From Armatimonadota bacterium (GTDB lineage Bacteria > Armatimonadota > SYMT01): 64,000 nucleotides of DNA. The DNA lies in contig JBKBRF010000003.1 in NCBI GenBank assembly GCA_046292385.1, forward strand, positions 210,231-274,230. Direction: 5' to 3'. How positions within the stretch are numbered: the first letter of the stretch is position 1; each line of letters begins with the position of its first letter. A program made the translations under genes and the position numbers. The notes below the pieces were generated by a model that worked only from the letters and a program-made list of their open reading frames with translations, had not been told where the DNA came from and ran no database searches. Below, piece by piece: positions 62,589 to 64,000 of this stretch.

Positions 62589-62891
62589 ATGCCCGAAGAA
62601 GTGATGGTGGTGGCGACCGTAGCGATCCTCTGCGGCACCGGTACGCTCTGCTTTGTCATCCACTCGATCAAGAGCGCCATCGTCGCGAGGAGCCGGGGGC
62701 AGAACGACGACGCGGTCCTCCAGGAGCTGCGGGAGCTGCGGGCGGAGATCGGGGCGTTGCGGCAGCAGAATAACGACGTCGTGCTGACTCTGGACAGCAG
62801 CCTCGACCGGATCGACCGCCGGGTCTCGCACCTGGAGACGCGCTCCCGCACCGCCGAGCCGGAGCGTCAGCAGGTCGGACTCGGCCGGTAA
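62589..62891 (+). CDS. Small TM + coiled-coil protein, paralogue 3
   Basis: LRQQNNDVVLTLDSSLDRIDRRVSHLETR...QVGLGR. Confidence 0.8.
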   Translation: MPEEVMVVATVAILCGTGTLCFVIHSIKSAIVARSRGQNDDAVLQELRELRAEIGALRQQNNDVVLTLDSSLDRIDRRVSHLETRSRTAEPERQQVGLGR

Positions 62892-62921
62892 GCGGCGCGG
62901 GCGCACTCGGAGGGAGGATCG

Positions 62922-64000
62922 ATGGCACGTCAGGTTCTGATCGCTCTGGCCGCCGCGACGCTCGGCCTCGGGCTCCCCGCCGCCGCGCTCTCTCCGGCGC
63001 CCGGAGCTATCTCGTCCAGTGAGCGCCTGAGCCGGATCATTCCCCCGGGGATGTCGCTCTCGGGGCGCGGGGCCGAGCAGACGCTCCGCGCCAACCGGGT
63101 GGCCGCACTGCTGAACGCGAACCGGCACACCCCGGAGACGCAGGCCGCCGCCCGCCAGTTTCTCGAGCGGTTTGTCGAGAACCGTCAGCCGCTGGAGTAC
63201 CATGCCGCGGCGGGAATGGCTGTGCTCGTGCTGGGCGAGGCGTCCCGGAGCCGCGCTCTGACGCCGGACGAGCTGCAGGTGCTTCGCCAGTTGAGCGGGC
63301 GCTTCACCACGGTCCAGGCGCTCGCCCGTCTACTCTGCTCGGACGCGGAGCTGCGCGGCCAGCCCGAGGCAGCCCGGCTGGAGAGTTTCGACCGGCTGCT
63401 GGCCCGGGAGGGGGTATGCAGTCAACACGCGTTCCTGGTACTGAACGGCGGGAGTGCTCCGCAGGCGCTGCAGCGGTACTGGGAAGGCGGGCCTCGCTTC
63501 CAAGCGACCGGGCGCCCCGCCTACGAGGGGATCGCGCTTCAGCACTACTACTGCTTCCGAGGCATGAAATTCCCCAGCACCGGGGATGAGATCGCCTTTC
63601 TCTGGAGCCAGATCGAGGCGTACTACCGGCGCCTGGCAGCGGAGCCTCGAGGGCCGCGCCGGGGACAGGCGCTCCGCGAGGAAGCGCGGGCAGCCACGGC
63701 TCGCCTGATCGAGATCGGGGAGCCGGTGGTGCGCTTTCTTCTCTCCGATCCGCGGAGGCTGCGCGGACTGGCCGATCCGGAGGACATCCGCAGCGCAAGC
63801 GGGGAGCAGTTCGAGTTGTGGATCGTGAAGGCGTTGCCGCGGAAGGAGTTCGCTCCCGTCCTGCGGGAACTGGCAGCGTGCGACCTTCCATCGGTGCGGC
63901 GTGCGGCACTCGACGCTCTCGAGCGGATCGACGCCGGCAATCCGTCCCCGTACGGAGCGCACTACGTATTTAGCTTCGGCCGTCCATCCGGACTCTGCGG
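62922..64000 (+). CDS. Secreted hypothetical protein, 3' truncated by window edge
   Basis: GGAGG RBS, ATG 62922, signal peptide MARQVLIALAAATLGLGLPAAA; frame open to the window end (absent from the ORF track because there is no stop); HEAT-like VRRAALDALERI near the end. Confidence 0.7.
   Translation, partial: MARQVLIALAAATLGLGLPAAALSPAPGAISSSERLSRIIPPGMSLSGRGAEQTLRANRVAALLNANRHTPETQAAARQFLERFVENRQPLEYHAAAGMAVLVLGEASRSRALTPDELQVLRQLSGRFTTVQALARLLCSDAELRGQPEAARLESFDRLLAREGVCSQHAFLVLNGGSAPQALQRYWEGGPRFQATGRPAYEGIALQHYYCFRGMKFPSTGDEIAFLWSQIEAYYRRLAAEPRGPRRGQALREEARAATARLIEIGEPVVRFLLSDPRRLRGLADPEDIRSASGEQFELWIVKALPRKEFAPVLRELAACDLPSVRRAALDALERIDAGNPSPYGAHYVFSFGRPSGLC

Overview
High-GC bacterial chromosome segment. 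The gene order looks Terrabacteria-like, and Armatimonadota is my inference only. 1-23.8 kb is an accessory region: a P-type ATPase with HMA2- and DUF5132-like neighbours, DUF1501, ChrA, several secreted hydrolases, PAS/GAF sensors, PilU/PilT and response regulators. 24.1-50.1 kb is the core translation cluster (str, S10, spc and alpha operons, then truA-rplM-rpsI). 50-64 kb holds NlpC/P60, argC/J/B, tsaE-tsaB-rimI-tsaD, lysA and three tandem paralogous small membrane proteins. Highlights: (1) a ~570-nt, highly structured minus-strand RNA at 15.2-15.7 kb that resembles OLE RNA, with no oapA or oapB in their usual positions; (2) uL22 carrying an N-terminal degenerate KH domain similar to that of the neighbouring uS3; (3) a second, His-to-Tyr EF-G paralogue inserted into the spc operon and overlapping rpsN; (4) a ~490-nt structured leader before tuf; (5) infA missing from its usual site; (6) many intergenic inverted short-repeat or MITE-like elements. 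All family assignments come from motif recognition by eye; no database searches were run.
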